From the NCBI RefSeq assembly GCF_009914755.1, contig NC_060925.1: a stretch of 64,000 bases of DNA; one strand, 5' to 3'. The notes beneath the pieces were generated by a model. That model made no database searches. It was given only the letters and a program-made list of their open reading frames with translations, and was not told where the DNA came from. The stretch comes from the human T2T-CHM13v2.0 reference genome, Homo sapiens. This document shows positions 43,092 through 64,000 of this stretch, in pieces. The translations under genes and the position numbers were made by a program. How positions within the stretch are numbered: position 1 is the stretch's first letter; each line of letters begins with the position of its first letter.

Positions 43092-44937
43092 GTCATAATG
43101 AAAATTCAGAGGACTCACTAAAAGCCTTGATTTTCACATAATCTTACTGATCTTTAGTACCCCTGAAAACTTCACACTCAAAGCCTCTGTTTAATCCATT
43201 GATTCTCAATGCCTTCAGAGATTCTGACTTCACTGGCCTAGATATAAGCATTTTGTTTTGAGCTCGCCAGGTGATTCTAATGAGCAGACAGAGCTGAGAA
43301 CCATTGCATTAATCTTTCATGATTGCCACTTCTACAGTCATATGCTTAGTTTTACATACAGCTGAACTATGTTGAAACTAAACAAGAATGATAAAGTCAA
43401 ACATATAATACAAATAATAATAACTCTTATTGAGAATTATGTTTCAAGCACATTGCAAGATGTTTTACATACATTGTCTCATTTCATCTTGTGAAACACA
43501 GAATATTATCATTATTATTATTTTTTTTGAGACGGAGTCTCACTTTGTCACCCAGGCTGGAGTGCAGTGGTGCAATCTCAGCCATGGCAACCTCCGACTC
43601 CTCTGTTCAAGTGATTCTCCTGCCTCAGCCTCCTGAGTAGCTGGGATTACAGGTGTGCACCACCACGCCCAGCTAATTTTCGTACTTTTAGTAGAGACGG
43701 GGTTTCACCATGTTAGCCAGGCTGGTCTCGAACTCCTGACCTTGTGATCCGACTGCCTCGGCCTCCCAAAGTGCTGGGATTACAGGCCTGAGCCATTGCG
43801 CCCAGCCTATTTCTTAACTTAGTTGTCCAACTTAACTTAGTTGTCCAAGATCACGTATCTAGTATGTGGCTAAGACAGAACTTGAACCCATATGTACCTG
43901 ACTTCAAAACTCCATGCACTTAACCCCTGTTATAAATTGTTTGTTCCAGAACCATGACTAGAAGAGATCTCATTTAGAATTCAACAATTTCCCAGAGCTC
44001 TTTAGTCCCTGACCCACCTGTGTATTTGTCAGGGCCTGCCAGGTCACATTTAGGTGGGTTTTTTTTTTTTTAACTACCTCTTAGTGCCTCCTGCACCATC
44101 TTCCATGTTTTATATATACTGTATTGCACACACCCAGATTACATTTAGTATATAGCCACAGGTATAAAAAAGGGTGTGACAAATGTGCTTACGGATTACA
44201 TATTGTGCACTTTAGAGTTTATATACACACTTATATTTTACACACATATAAAAATGGTGAATATAATGTAGGGAAGAGAATATTGACTCAGAGTTCCATA
44301 TTTGACTAGCACTGTGACCTTACAGGCACATTTGTTGAATTTGTTTTTAATCATATGTAAAATGGGGAGATAATGCGTGCTTTTCCTAATTGCACTATTA
44401 TCTAAGGATCAAATGAGATCCCACACCTAGCAAGGTGTCTTGCTTGTACATTTTTATTTGCCAGCTAATGAGCTGTACCTATGAAGTCTTGTAAATATAT
44501 ATGTAAAAGCTGCTATCACCTTTTACAGAGTAATATTGCACCTTTGTGTATCTTTGTTGATTAGCCATAAACTCTCCCTCCCCTGTTTCTCACCTACTGA
44601 CAAATTTCTGGAATTCTGTGTAATAAGCACGGGTCAGAGGTTGGAAATGTAATAGAAAACAGAGGAAAGGACAGAAGGAAAGGGAGTGAGAGAAATATTT
44701 GTTCAATTGACATACTAGCATGTTTTGATTTGTTTTTAACTAAAAAACGAGTCACTGTTGGCTAGGTTTATACACTATTGTTGGAAGTGTAAATTGCTAA
44801 AAATTTTGAAGCGGGGCTGGGTGATGTGGCTTATGCCTGTAATTCTAGCACTTTGGGAGGCTGAGATGGGAGGATCACTTAAAGCCAGAAGTTCAAGACC
44901 ACCTGGGCAACACAGCAAGACCAACAAAACTCTATTA

Positions 44938-45117
<180 letters not shown>

Positions 45118-46640
45118 CTAGGTGACAGAGTGAGACCCTATCTTCAAAAAAAAAAAAGAAATTTAAAGAGCTAGTTATCAAACTGAACATCAACATATAA
45201 ATCCCACTTTGTATTAGATAATAAAAAACAAAAAATTAAGCTCACATTTATACCAAGATTTACACAGAGAAGGTACAAAAAGATAAACAAATGATTAAAT
45301 TAACCATGGCTATACCTCGTGGGTGGGGTGTCTGGGAGGGGAAGTTTCACTTTTTATTTAATATTCTTCTGTATAGCTTGTTTACAAGCATTTACTATTT
45401 TTTGCAAAAGTGAAATAAGCCCAGAGCAGAGAATAGCTAGATATGCATACATCAGCTGTACTCCTGTGTTATTCTTCCTTGGCTCCTCTCTGCAAGGCCA
45501 GTTTACTGTCCCGGGAGGGTGCTGACCCCTGCCTGCCTGGTTCTTCTTGTTCTGTTTTGCAGTTCATTACCAGCTGCTTAAGCAGCAGGTTCCCAGTGGC
45601 TGGTCAGCTGGAACTGCTTCAGGAGGACAAACAGGAAGGATGCAGCTGCCAGTGCAGATTACCCTGTTAGCCTTATTGACAGGAAAAAAAATTTAAACCT
45701 TAAAATGTTGAGGAAAATGTCATGCTATTAACAACTGCCTCATGCCTCTGCCTAGATCAGGCAGTGAACTGGATTTGGGTTGCTCGGAAGGAATCCTCAC
45801 AATTGCATGTAACAAACTTCCAGCTCCACGTCCTAGCAACTTGCCCCCAACACTTGGTTAGGGGTTACGTTCCACAGGCTAGATCCCATGGCAATCCTAT
45901 CCCCCTACGTCAAACTAAAGCTTCCTCCATGGAAAAATAAAACGTCTCACCATTCCTGCAGCTAGCCTTCTCTCATGCAGGATGCCTGCAGGAGCTCAGA
46001 GTAAAGGGAAAATTCCTTATAAGACAATCAAGGTAAGAAGTGCAGCTGTAGTGGATGAAGTGCAGGTAGATGGGTATCGTATCTCTGCTCTGACACTTTC
46101 TAATCATGTGGCTTTAGGCAAATGACTTCACCTCTCTTAGACTAAGTTTCCTCATCTGTAAAATAGGGAAAATAAATATACCTGCCTCATAGGGTTGGAC
46201 ATAGAGGAATGCAAGTGCTATATTTATTTATGCAGTAAGCCTCATTTCCTATCACTCCCCACAATAGCAGTGGTTAAGAGTTCGGGCTCTGGGCCGGGCG
46301 CAGTGGCTCACACTTATAATCCTAGCACTTTGGGAGGCCGAGGTGGGCAGGTCAGGAGATCGACAACACAGTGAAACCCTGTCTCTACTAAAAATACAAA
46401 AAAATTAGCTGGGCATGGTGGCAGGCACCTGTAGTCCCAGCTACTGGGAGAGGCTGAGGCAGGAGAATGGCGTGAACCTGGGAGGCGGAGCTTGCAGTGA
46501 GCCGAGATCCCGCCACCATACTCCAGCCTGGGCGACAGAGCAAGACTCTGTCTCAAAAAAAAAAAAAAAAAAAAAAAAAAGAGTTTGGGCTCTGGAATCA
46601 GATTGTCTAGGTTCAAATCCTAGCTCTATTGCTTATTTTA

Positions 46641-47015
<375 letters not shown>

Positions 47016-48418
47016 TCATAGGAATCTTACGAAGATTAACTGAGTACATGTAAAACAGTAAAGTGCCTGGAACACAGGCAATCAGGAAATGAGGCTGTTC
47101 TAATTTGCTGCTGATGAAAAAATAGCATGTTTCCTATACAGAATATGAAGTTTGTAAAACCATCTTCTAAGTCCCTCCCCGGCCTCTCCCCAAACACTCA
47201 GAAAGTGAGCCGATGGCTCTGGTCTTAAATCTAGTTCTGTCTTCCTGTGCTATACAGTGTTCCTCTCTTCATCCCTTTCCTTCTCACTCTTCCAGCTTCT
47301 CTTTCTCTCCCTGCCCAGGCCTCTCATTAGTCCAGTTAATAAACTGTTGCTGTCATTTCAGTTCAGCTCCAGGATCAGGGTCCCTTGGGGATAGGCATTA
47401 TGCTGGGGAAGTGAGATGATGGGGGAGCTGCAGGGACATCCTAATTTCCACAGTGGAGTGGAAATAGGAACCAGGGTTGACAGCAGACGAACCTCCCTAG
47501 GCCCAGGTCTCCTGGGCCATCATCAGGATAATCAGTGAGAACTTCATTATATAGGGTGAGAGTCTGGCTGTTTGGCATTGTGCCAGGGTCCTATTCAGGG
47601 ACAGGAAGTTTCTGGCTTGGAGATAATGACCAGCCTGGGGCCTCTGGCCTTCTGTGCACTGGCCTTCAGCTCCCTCTTGGGCATGCACACATACACATTC
47701 ATGCAGGCACGCACACAAGTTCCCTGGGCTTTCAGTCAGCTCAAGGGTTTGTGGGTACATTCCCAGCCTGGAAAGCTGGTGAACAGAGTGAGGCTGGAGG
47801 GCCCAGAAACGCATGACTGCCTCTGCTGATTGCTGAGAATAATCAAACTCTGAAGTTCCCACCAAGAGCCCATTAAACCAATACAAACGTCTCATCCAGA
47901 GTGACAGCAAGGTTTCCTCCCAACCTTGGAAGGATAAAGGGGCAGGTCTGGGGAGTAGCCCAGCTAGCTGAAAATGCAAAAATGGGACTCGCTGCAGGTT
48001 AGCTCAGAAGCTCAAGCAGCCCAGGGACAAGATGGTTTGCTGGGTATGGGATGGAGGTCAGCATTTTCAATCCCCTCCTCCCCACACCTTCAGGGTATAA
48101 ATCAAGTTTGTGCTGAGGATGGGGACTAGGGTGGGGGCATGAGGGGCATGGTTTGATTTTCTCAACCAGTTACATTGTACTTACTTCTTCAGGCATGTAT
48201 TTGGAAGAGGGGGTTCATATCACACTAATTCTCCTGACATGTGGCTCCCACCTGCTGCACTGTCAATACTCCTATTCACCACCTAGAATTATGAGCTTCT
48301 GTGCTGGCCTCAGCCCAAAGAGAATGTAGAAAATGGCAGGCTTTCATTCACTGCCTCTTAATTCCTCACAACCACAAAAACACCTGTGTTCTGTAGACAG
48401 ACTTTACTGTAGGTCTCA

Positions 48419-48957
48419 CAGTGTGGTTTTTAAGCATAATCCGTGGACCAGCCACTTCAGCAATACCTGGGAACTTGTTAGAAATGCAAATTTTCAGGTC
48501 CCACTTTAGACTTACTGAATCAGAAAGTCTGGGGGCCAGCTCAACAATCCATATATCAACAAGCCCTCTGAGTGATTCTTTTATGGTTGTTATTATTATT
48601 ATTATTATTATTTTGAGACAGAGTCTGGCTCTATCAACCAGGCTGGAGTGCGGTGGTGCCATCTTGACTCACTGCAACCTCCATTTTTTGGGTTCAAGTG
48701 ATTCTCCTGCCTTAGCCTCCTGAGTAGCTGACACTACAGGCGTGCACCACCACACCTGGCTAATTTTCTGTATTTTAGTACAGGCACGGTTTCACCTTGT
48801 TGCCCAGGCTGGTCTTGAACTCCTGAGCTCAAGTGATCCACCCATCTCGGCCTCCCAAAGTGTTGGGATTATGGGCGTGAGCCACAGGCATGAGCCACTG
48901 CACCCTTCACAAGCCCTCCAAGTGATTCTGATACTTGATGAAGTTTAAGAACTTACG
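48419..48957 (+). mobile_element. MER5A split by an antisense Alu (48580-48905)
   Basis: CCTGGGAACTTGTTAGAAATGCAAATT; 21-bp duplication ACAAGCCCTC(TG/CA)AGTGATTCT flanks the Alu. Confidence 0.8.
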
Positions 48958-49045
48958 CTGTATGTTTGAGGGTGACTTGAAAAAAGTTACAATGTAAGGA
49001 AGGAAACTTAAAACTGATTTTTTTTCTTTTCTTTTTTTTTTTTGA

Positions 49046-49417
<372 letters not shown>

Positions 49418-49433
49418 TGAGGCAGGTGGATCA

Positions 49434-49760
<327 letters not shown>

Positions 49761-49930
49761 CTACTAAGTTAATAGAAAGCATGTACCCATACATTCACAC
49801 ATTAACTCATTCCTCACCTTTTCTCCACAGAGGTCACAACATTTTTGAATTTGGCATTTGTCATTCCTGTGCATGTTTTTACTACATATTTCCTACATAG
49901 TATTTTCGTTTCTTTTTTTTTTTTCTTTGA

Positions 49931-50092
<162 letters not shown>

Positions 50093-50237
50093 TAGAGATA
50101 GGGTTTCTCCATGTTGGTCAGGCTGGTCTCGAACTCCAGACCTCAGGTGATCCGCCCGCCTCAGCCTCCCAAAGTGCTGGGATTACAGGTGTGAGCCATC
50201 ATGCCTGGCTCTACCTAGTATTTTCCACATATTTTGA

Positions 50238-50575
<338 letters not shown>

Positions 50576-50699
50576 TGATCTGCCCGCCTCGGCCTCCCAA
50601 AGTGCTGGGATTACAGGCGTGAGCCACCGTGCCTGGCCATTTCTACTTTTTTAACCCTGAGAGTGTCTTTGTGATTATTTTCACCTTAGAACACCATGC

Positions 50700-53835
<3,136 letters not shown>

Positions 53836-54234
53836 TGACATATCACATATATCATATAAAAAGTCATATTTTTTCATATACTAAAATAGTTATGCTTTTT
53901 CTCCTTTACTCTGATAATGTAGTGGATTGCTAGCACTTTCTAGTTTACCTATTAAAGAGGCCATTTATAGGCCCATTTGCTGTGTGGGTGGTTTTGATGG
54001 GAACAAGATGGAAAGAAGAGTTTAGTTACAGTTACGAGGCTACTAAGGTTGTATAGATGAGAGATTATTGTGTCTTGGATTGGTGTGGAGGTAAGAGAGA
54101 TGGAAAGAAGTAGTCAGTTTAAAAATATATTTTGGATTTGCTGATGGGTTGCAGTAAGGTAAGGAGTAGATGGAGAATAAAGGGAAAGGAAAGAAAAGAC
54201 TCAAAGATGAGTTCTAAATTTCTGGAGATTTTTC

Positions 54235-55960
<1,726 letters not shown>

Positions 55961-57103
55961 GGCTTTATGTTTCACTTCAATAAATAGTAGTTACAATTGT
56001 TATCATTATTCCTTCTTTGCTTTAGTGGGAAAAGGAAATGGGAAGGAAGAGATGGAAGGAGACAAAAATGCATTCTCACTAGATTTGGGCATATTTACAG
56101 AGAAGCAGTGAAATTAACAGTAATTTTTTTTTTTTTTTGGAATGGAGTCTTTCTCTGTTGCCCATGCTGGAGTGCAGTGGTGCAATCTCGGCTCACTGCA
56201 ACCTCCGCCTCTCAGGTTCAAGCAATCCTCGTGCCTCAGCCTCCCCAGCTGGGATTACAGTGTGCAGCACCAAGCCTAATTTTTGTATTTTTAATAAAGA
56301 CGGGATTTTGCCATGTTAGCCAGGCTTGTCTCGAACTCCTGAGTTCAAGTAATCTGCCGGCCTCGGCCTCCAAAAGTGCTGGGATTACAGGCATGAGCCA
56401 CTGCATCCGGCCAAATTAACAGTAATTTAGTCAACAATAAATATTTATTCAGCATTGCCTATATTCCAGACACTGCTCTTAGCAATGGAGATATAAAATG
56501 AGAAAACATATCTGTAACATTATGCTTTGGAAAGATAATTCTAGTGACAGCTTAGAGACTTGGAGACAGGAGAGACTGGAGGACAGGAGATGGGTGCAAA
56601 GGTTATTGAAATAGTAGTCATATGAGATGAAGGTCTGAACTAAGTAGCAGTGGGGATGGAGAGCTGGGGAAAGATGTGAGACATTCCTGAGGGGGAATCA
56701 AGAGAGTCTAGTGATTAGATGTGACAGGAAAGAATGGGGGGAAAGCACAGGCAATCCTGAGACTTCTAGTTTGAAAGAATAGAATTGATCAGGTTAGTTA
56801 GCTATGACTTTGCAAAGAGTAAAGTCCCGAGGTAAGGAGATATAGGGCAGCTAAATTGTAAGGGATTGGGGTTTATGTTAAGGTGTGGAACAAGGGATAT
56901 CAAGTGAGTAGTTTTTTTTTTTTTAAGTAATCTGGAGCTGGGGTATTCTGTGCTTATGGATTCCACTGAACTCTAAAATCTCAGCCCAGGTACTTTAGCA
57001 CCCACGAATTAATTAGACAATTTAGGGCAATGAATATAAAAGCTCTATATTCCATTGTTAATCAGAAATGAATCATTAAATTCTGTTAAAAACACATATT
57101 TGC

Positions 57104-57439
<336 letters not shown>

Positions 57440-59200
57440 TCACAGTGGCTCATGCCTGTAATCCCAGCACTTTGAGAGCCCGAGGTGGGTGGATCACCTG
57501 AGGTCAGGAGTTCGAGACCAGCCTGGCCAAAAAGGCAAAACCCCGTCTCTACTAAAAATACAAAAATTAGCCGGGCATGGTGGTGCACACCTGTAGTCCC
57601 AGCTACTAGGCAGGCTGAGGCAGGAGAATCGCTTGAATACGGCAGGCAGAGATTGCAGTGAGCCACTTACTGCGGAGGATACAGGTTAGAGAGCATTAAT
57701 TTCTAATGGCCCCATTTGGTATAGTTTCATAGGAAAGCTCTGAAACTATAATGTAGAAAGGAACTAAACTGCCTCCTTTTTTTTTTTGTAAGGTTCCTGC
57801 CTATGCCGGATTTCTTACCAGAGTTTGTTAAGTCTGCTCAACAGCTAAGGGAAGAAGGCTAAGAGTAAGTTTCATTCCGCTGTCTTGGCTTTAAAAGTTT
57901 GGTTTGGACTGTAGCATTGGATATGGCCTTGTTTCCAATATATACTTCAATATTAAAAAAAAAAACAGAAAAAGGTTTTTAAAAACATAATTATGACTCC
58001 ATAATCTGCCATGGGAAAGATTGCTTTCAGTTACTTTCTATGAGAACCCTAACCTAGGCATTATCATTCCTTTTAACCTGCTCAGATTTTCAATTTATGT
58101 CAGAAAACCCATGTTAATGTCGAACCTGCCCCTGCCTCAAGAGTAACCTGGTTTAACCTCTTGGGGCTTGTTGCATCATCAGCAATAATTGTCTTGCCAA
58201 TGTCACAGTCACTGAAGGAGCAAACAAGATAACAGATGCAAACGCCCTTTGAAAAGTTCACTACGTATAAGTGAACCATCACTATTATTCTCAAAGTCTT
58301 ATTTACAACCTTGGATGGCTGAATGAGCATAAGATGGCCAGACTTCACTGTTCCTAGTAAGTTTTCCATAGCCTCTGCTTTAGGAGAAATAAATTTCCTC
58401 ACATCCAGTCTTTGCTTTGTTGACTGCTCAACACCCTCTTGTCTCGCTTGCTTTTCTGAGAGTGACCTTGACAGCATCCCTCCAAAGAGAAGGGTATTTC
58501 CCTTATATAGACATGCAGGTGCAGTCCCACCAAAATTTATTGAACTCCAAGCTAGAACAAAAGGTGGAGGTGCACCGATGAAGAAACAGGGCCTCTGCCT
58601 TCAGGAGCTTACAAGGCCATTAACAGAGAGTGATATTGATCTTATGCAAATGGCAGTTGCCGCCTACTTGCAGAAGAGCAGGGGCTACAGCCAAGCAGCA
58701 GGGGGCAGAAGAGGCTCGAGCTCGGCTCTGGAGGCCGATCTGGCCAAAGCCAAGATAGAAGCTCCCGTGACCCATTCGTGTGTGCGACTTGGAAGGCAGC
58801 CCTTCTGCCACTCCCCTTTCTTAAAGCCCAGAGCAAATAAAAGATCCTTTTCTACTACAGTAGATATACCTGTAGTCAGGACTTTGAACTCACAGCTATT
58901 CGCCGCACCATTCCCTCTTAAGGAACTACTGCGCCCTCCAGCGGAAGAACAGCGGCGGAACTCCACAGCGGCAGCTAAAATCCCTGAACGCTTTAAAGTC
59001 CTTCTCCTCAAGATACTCGGCTGCGTCTGGCCCCGCCCCTCACTGAGTTCCGCCCCGGGCGCAACCTCATCTTATGGCACCGATTGGCTGGCCCCTGTGC
59101 GTGAGGACGTTGCGCCGTGGGGAGGGGCGGACGAGAGGTGTCCGTCAGGCCGTGTGTCCCAGGCCGTCGACCCCGCTGTCGCGCTGCGTCTGCTCCTTGC

Positions 59201-59356
59201 ATGCCTTTAGATGGTACAGCCTTCAGCCGGGGCTTCGGGAGACAGTGCAGCCACCGAGCATCTCTGCTGAGCTTCTCCGCCGATCCTCCTTTTCTAGCAG
59301 GCAGCTCTTCTAGGCCACGTCCAGGTCGAGGGGGAAAATGGCGCCGGCGCCCCTAG
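59201..59356 (+). other. Overlapping out-of-frame uORF (51 aa, MPLDGTAF...RRRP*)
   Basis: ATG at 59201 in weak context; reads past the main ATG to a TAG ending at 59356. Confidence 0.55.
59211..59270 (+). other. uORF (19 aa, MVQPSAGASGDSAATEHLC*)
   Basis: ATG at 59211 with +4 G; TGA at 59268-59270. Confidence 0.55.
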
Positions 59357-59576
59357 GCGTCCCGGAGGAGCAGTTGCTGGGGTGTCGATCTAGAGTGCTT
59401 TCTCGGTTACTCTTCATTGCCCAGACCGCTCTCCTCCTGTTGCCCGCCGCCGGAGCAGGTCTCTGCCCCGCGCCCTGCTCCTGCCGCATTCCTCTCCTGG
59501 ACTGCAGTCGCAGGAAATTGCCCGCACCGAGCTGGAGGGCGCTGTCGGGCTTGCTGCCCCCCGACACCGCTATCCT
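59338..59576 (+). CDS. LRIG2: LRIG2 coding exon 1 (signal peptide + LRR N-terminal cap)
   Basis: Translation MAPAPLGVPEEQLLGCRSRVLSRLLFIAQTALLLLPAAGAGLCPAPCSCRIPLLDCSRRKLPAPSWRALSGLLPPDTAIL is recognised as the LRIG2 N-terminus. It has a hydrophobic signal, an LRRNT CPxxCxC...C motif and a strong Kozak (aaaATGG). Donor CT|GTGAGT follows 59576 (239 nt, phase 2), so the ORF-track stop at 59580 is intronic. Confidence 0.96.
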
Positions 59577-60557
59577 GTGAGTAGAGCGGCCAGGCAGAGT
59601 GACCAAAAGGAGGGGGAGCCTTCCCTCTACAGGGGGCAGGCAGGAGGGAGACAGGCCTGGTCGGAGGGTGTGGTCGAGAGCCTAAGCTCTGAAGGAAACT
59701 GCCGTCAGGATTTTATGAACTTTGTTTTAGGTGGTGGGAGCCTAAAAAAGCCGGTGTTAAGGTTTCTGGAGAATTGTATGAAGACGAGGGTTAAGATTCT
59801 TGGGGCCAAGGAGTCTGTGATTTCCTCAACTGGGGAGGAAATGGGGCGGGCATATTTAATGGTAAGGACTCACGGGTCCTGGGCACCAGCATTGACTTTG
59901 GATGGTTGGTGGGGCGGGGGGTGGGTTGAGCACGGAACAGTGCTTTCTGCTTATCTTGAGCTGCATGATTTGGTGTGTACCTCAGACTTAGTGGTCCTCA
60001 GGCACGTGATTTTATAATCACAATCGCCAAAGACCTATGAACTGTCTTTAGTCCTTAGTTCGCATGTTGGCTGATTTTGTGCTGCAGTTTTGATACTTAA
60101 CAGGGTTGAAAAGTTCATTATGATGAATCAGGAGATCCTGTAATTCAGAATATCTTTGTAAGTAGCATTCTTGATCTAATTTAAACTTCACTGTAAAGAG
60201 GAGGAGTATTTTTTGCAGAACCATTTGATGCTTTGTTTTCAGCGCATCTTCTTGTGGCAAAGAACCCAAAAATCAGTTCTGCTTATTTATGTAGGTAAAG
60301 CAGGTACAACGGTTGAATGAATTCTGGAGTTTCCACTGTTGAGTTTTCACTTTGACAGGTCTTTATTAGACAGTGGAACTTGGAGGGCTCCTTAGTCTGA
60401 GTCAGCCTGGTGGTATTAGGAACAACAGCAGGTATTAAATGCTGCAATTATGGGGCTTCTTAACCACTAACATACAGTTATTTCTCGTCACTAACTGAGC
60501 AGCACGTTTATTAACTGACAGATTTCTGATGGAGTCGTTAAGAAAGAGTCATCAATG

Positions 60558-61155
<598 letters not shown>

Positions 61156-61624
61156 GAGTCATCACTAAAAAAATAGGTTGAAGTGCAATTAAAATATGAG
61201 AGGCTGCTTGGATTTTTATTGGAAATAGAATACAAATAAGAGGTGTTGCGGAGTTTAAGAAGTATTTATATATTTGCAAATAGGTTAGCACAGATAGGAA
61301 AGAAAGCTACCTCATGTAGTCATTGAAAAAATTAACATAAATAATCAAATCTTTTAGTAAACATAGAACTGCAGTGTAGTAAGATGCTTTCTCTTTCATG
61401 GTAGTGACACCTGTAGTCACTTCTGGTTTTATTGACCCAAATTTAAAAACTCCTATCAGTGTGCAGTGTAGTGTCAGTTAAACCTAGCACAGCCTCTTTG
61501 TTATGCAGCAAGTGCCTTTTTCTAAGACATTCTTGGAAGAGCTACCTGATTATAACAATAAGTCTGGCACAGATTTGACAAAACAGCTTCATTTAGCTGT
61601 AATTGGAATGAATGTGGCCTATAC

Positions 61625-63374
<1,750 letters not shown>

Positions 63375-63665
63375 AGCTGCTAAAAATTTTGTCTTGGATC
63401 AGTATTGGGAACCAGTGCTGTACTTGATTAATTTATTGAATTATATATATACTTAGTTACCTATAGTTTTTTAGTTCTTTCTATTTTCATTATAATTGTT
63501 TAAAATTTGTTTGCATTTGTTTCTTTATAATAGTTGTGAACAGATTCGTTTTTTAGCATAGAGGACATAAGCTTATGTTGAATAGCTCTAGGGAAGTCTT
63601 TCCATGTGTGACTTGAGCTTCAACCTCTGTAGCTATTTTAGTAACCCTGGCAAAATGTTTTCACT

Positions 63666-64000
63666 ATTTATTTATTTATTTATTCTACTTTAAGTTCTAG
63701 GGTACATGTGCACAACTTGCAGGTTTGTTACATATGTATACATGTGCCATGTTGGTGTGCTGCACCCATTAACTCATCATTTACATTAGGTATATCTCCT
63801 AATGCTATCCCTCCCCCCTCCCCCCACCCCATGACAGGCTCCGATGTGTGATGTTCCCCTTCCTGTGTCCATGTGTTCTCATTGTTCATTTCCCACCTAT
63901 GAGTGAGAACATGTGGTGTTTGGTTTTTTGTCCTTGCAATAGTTTGCTGAGAATGATGGTTTCCAGCTTCATCCATGTCCCTTCAAAGGATATGAACTCA
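63666..64000 (-). mobile_element. L1PA (L1PA4/5-like) 3' end, continuing beyond the window
   Basis: CTTTAAGTTCTAGGGTACATGTGCACAAC...CATTTACATTAGGTATATCTCCTAATGCTATCCC. Confidence 0.92.

Larger units (their letters stand above)
58900..59680. promoter_or_regulatory. CpG-island, TATA-less (probably bidirectional) promoter of LRIG2
   Basis: CpG-dense. GC boxes at 59029-59039, 59050-59056 and 59124-59130 in both orientations; reverse CCAAT (ATTGG) at 59083-59087; ETS-like CGGAAG near 58942; YY1 motif AAAATGGCG overlapping the start codon. Confidence 0.85.

Noticed and set aside
59577-60017. 146-aa ORF after exon 1
   Set aside because: Starts at the GTG of the splice donor; intronic, GC-rich, no recognisable homology.
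63728-63976. 82-aa ORF
   Set aside because: Spurious frame of the L1PA ORF2 end and 3' UTR.

Overview
Primate (human-like) genomic DNA, extremely repeat-rich: by eye roughly 85 Alu copies, plus L1, L2, L3/CR1, MIR, LTR and DNA-transposon relics. The only well-supported protein-coding sequence is exon 1 of LRIG2 (CDS 59338-59576, + strand; signal peptide and LRR N-cap). It lies in a CpG-island promoter with GC boxes, CCAAT and a YY1 motif, followed by about 4.4 kb of intron 1. The roughly 59 kb upstream is non-coding; from memory it is spanned by the divergent lncRNA LRIG2-DT, whose exons I cannot place. Notable elements: a full-length SVA with TSD and an atypical 5' heptamer repeat; a large decayed Tigger2 with a recognisable transposase; two BC200-type retrocopies; and an ancient L3/CR1 scattered over about 8 kb. 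Nearly all ORF-track entries are Alu or SVA translations. I see no evidence for a wholly new biological system. The best leads are a 108-bp inverted duplication marking a local rearrangement (12.1/13.7 kb), two uORFs in the LRIG2 leader, an 888-nt non-repeat ORF across the promoter, apparent gene conversion between Alus flanking exon 1, and a 29-bp templated insertion. Repeat family calls come from remembered consensus sequences, and boundaries are approximate unless a TSD is given.
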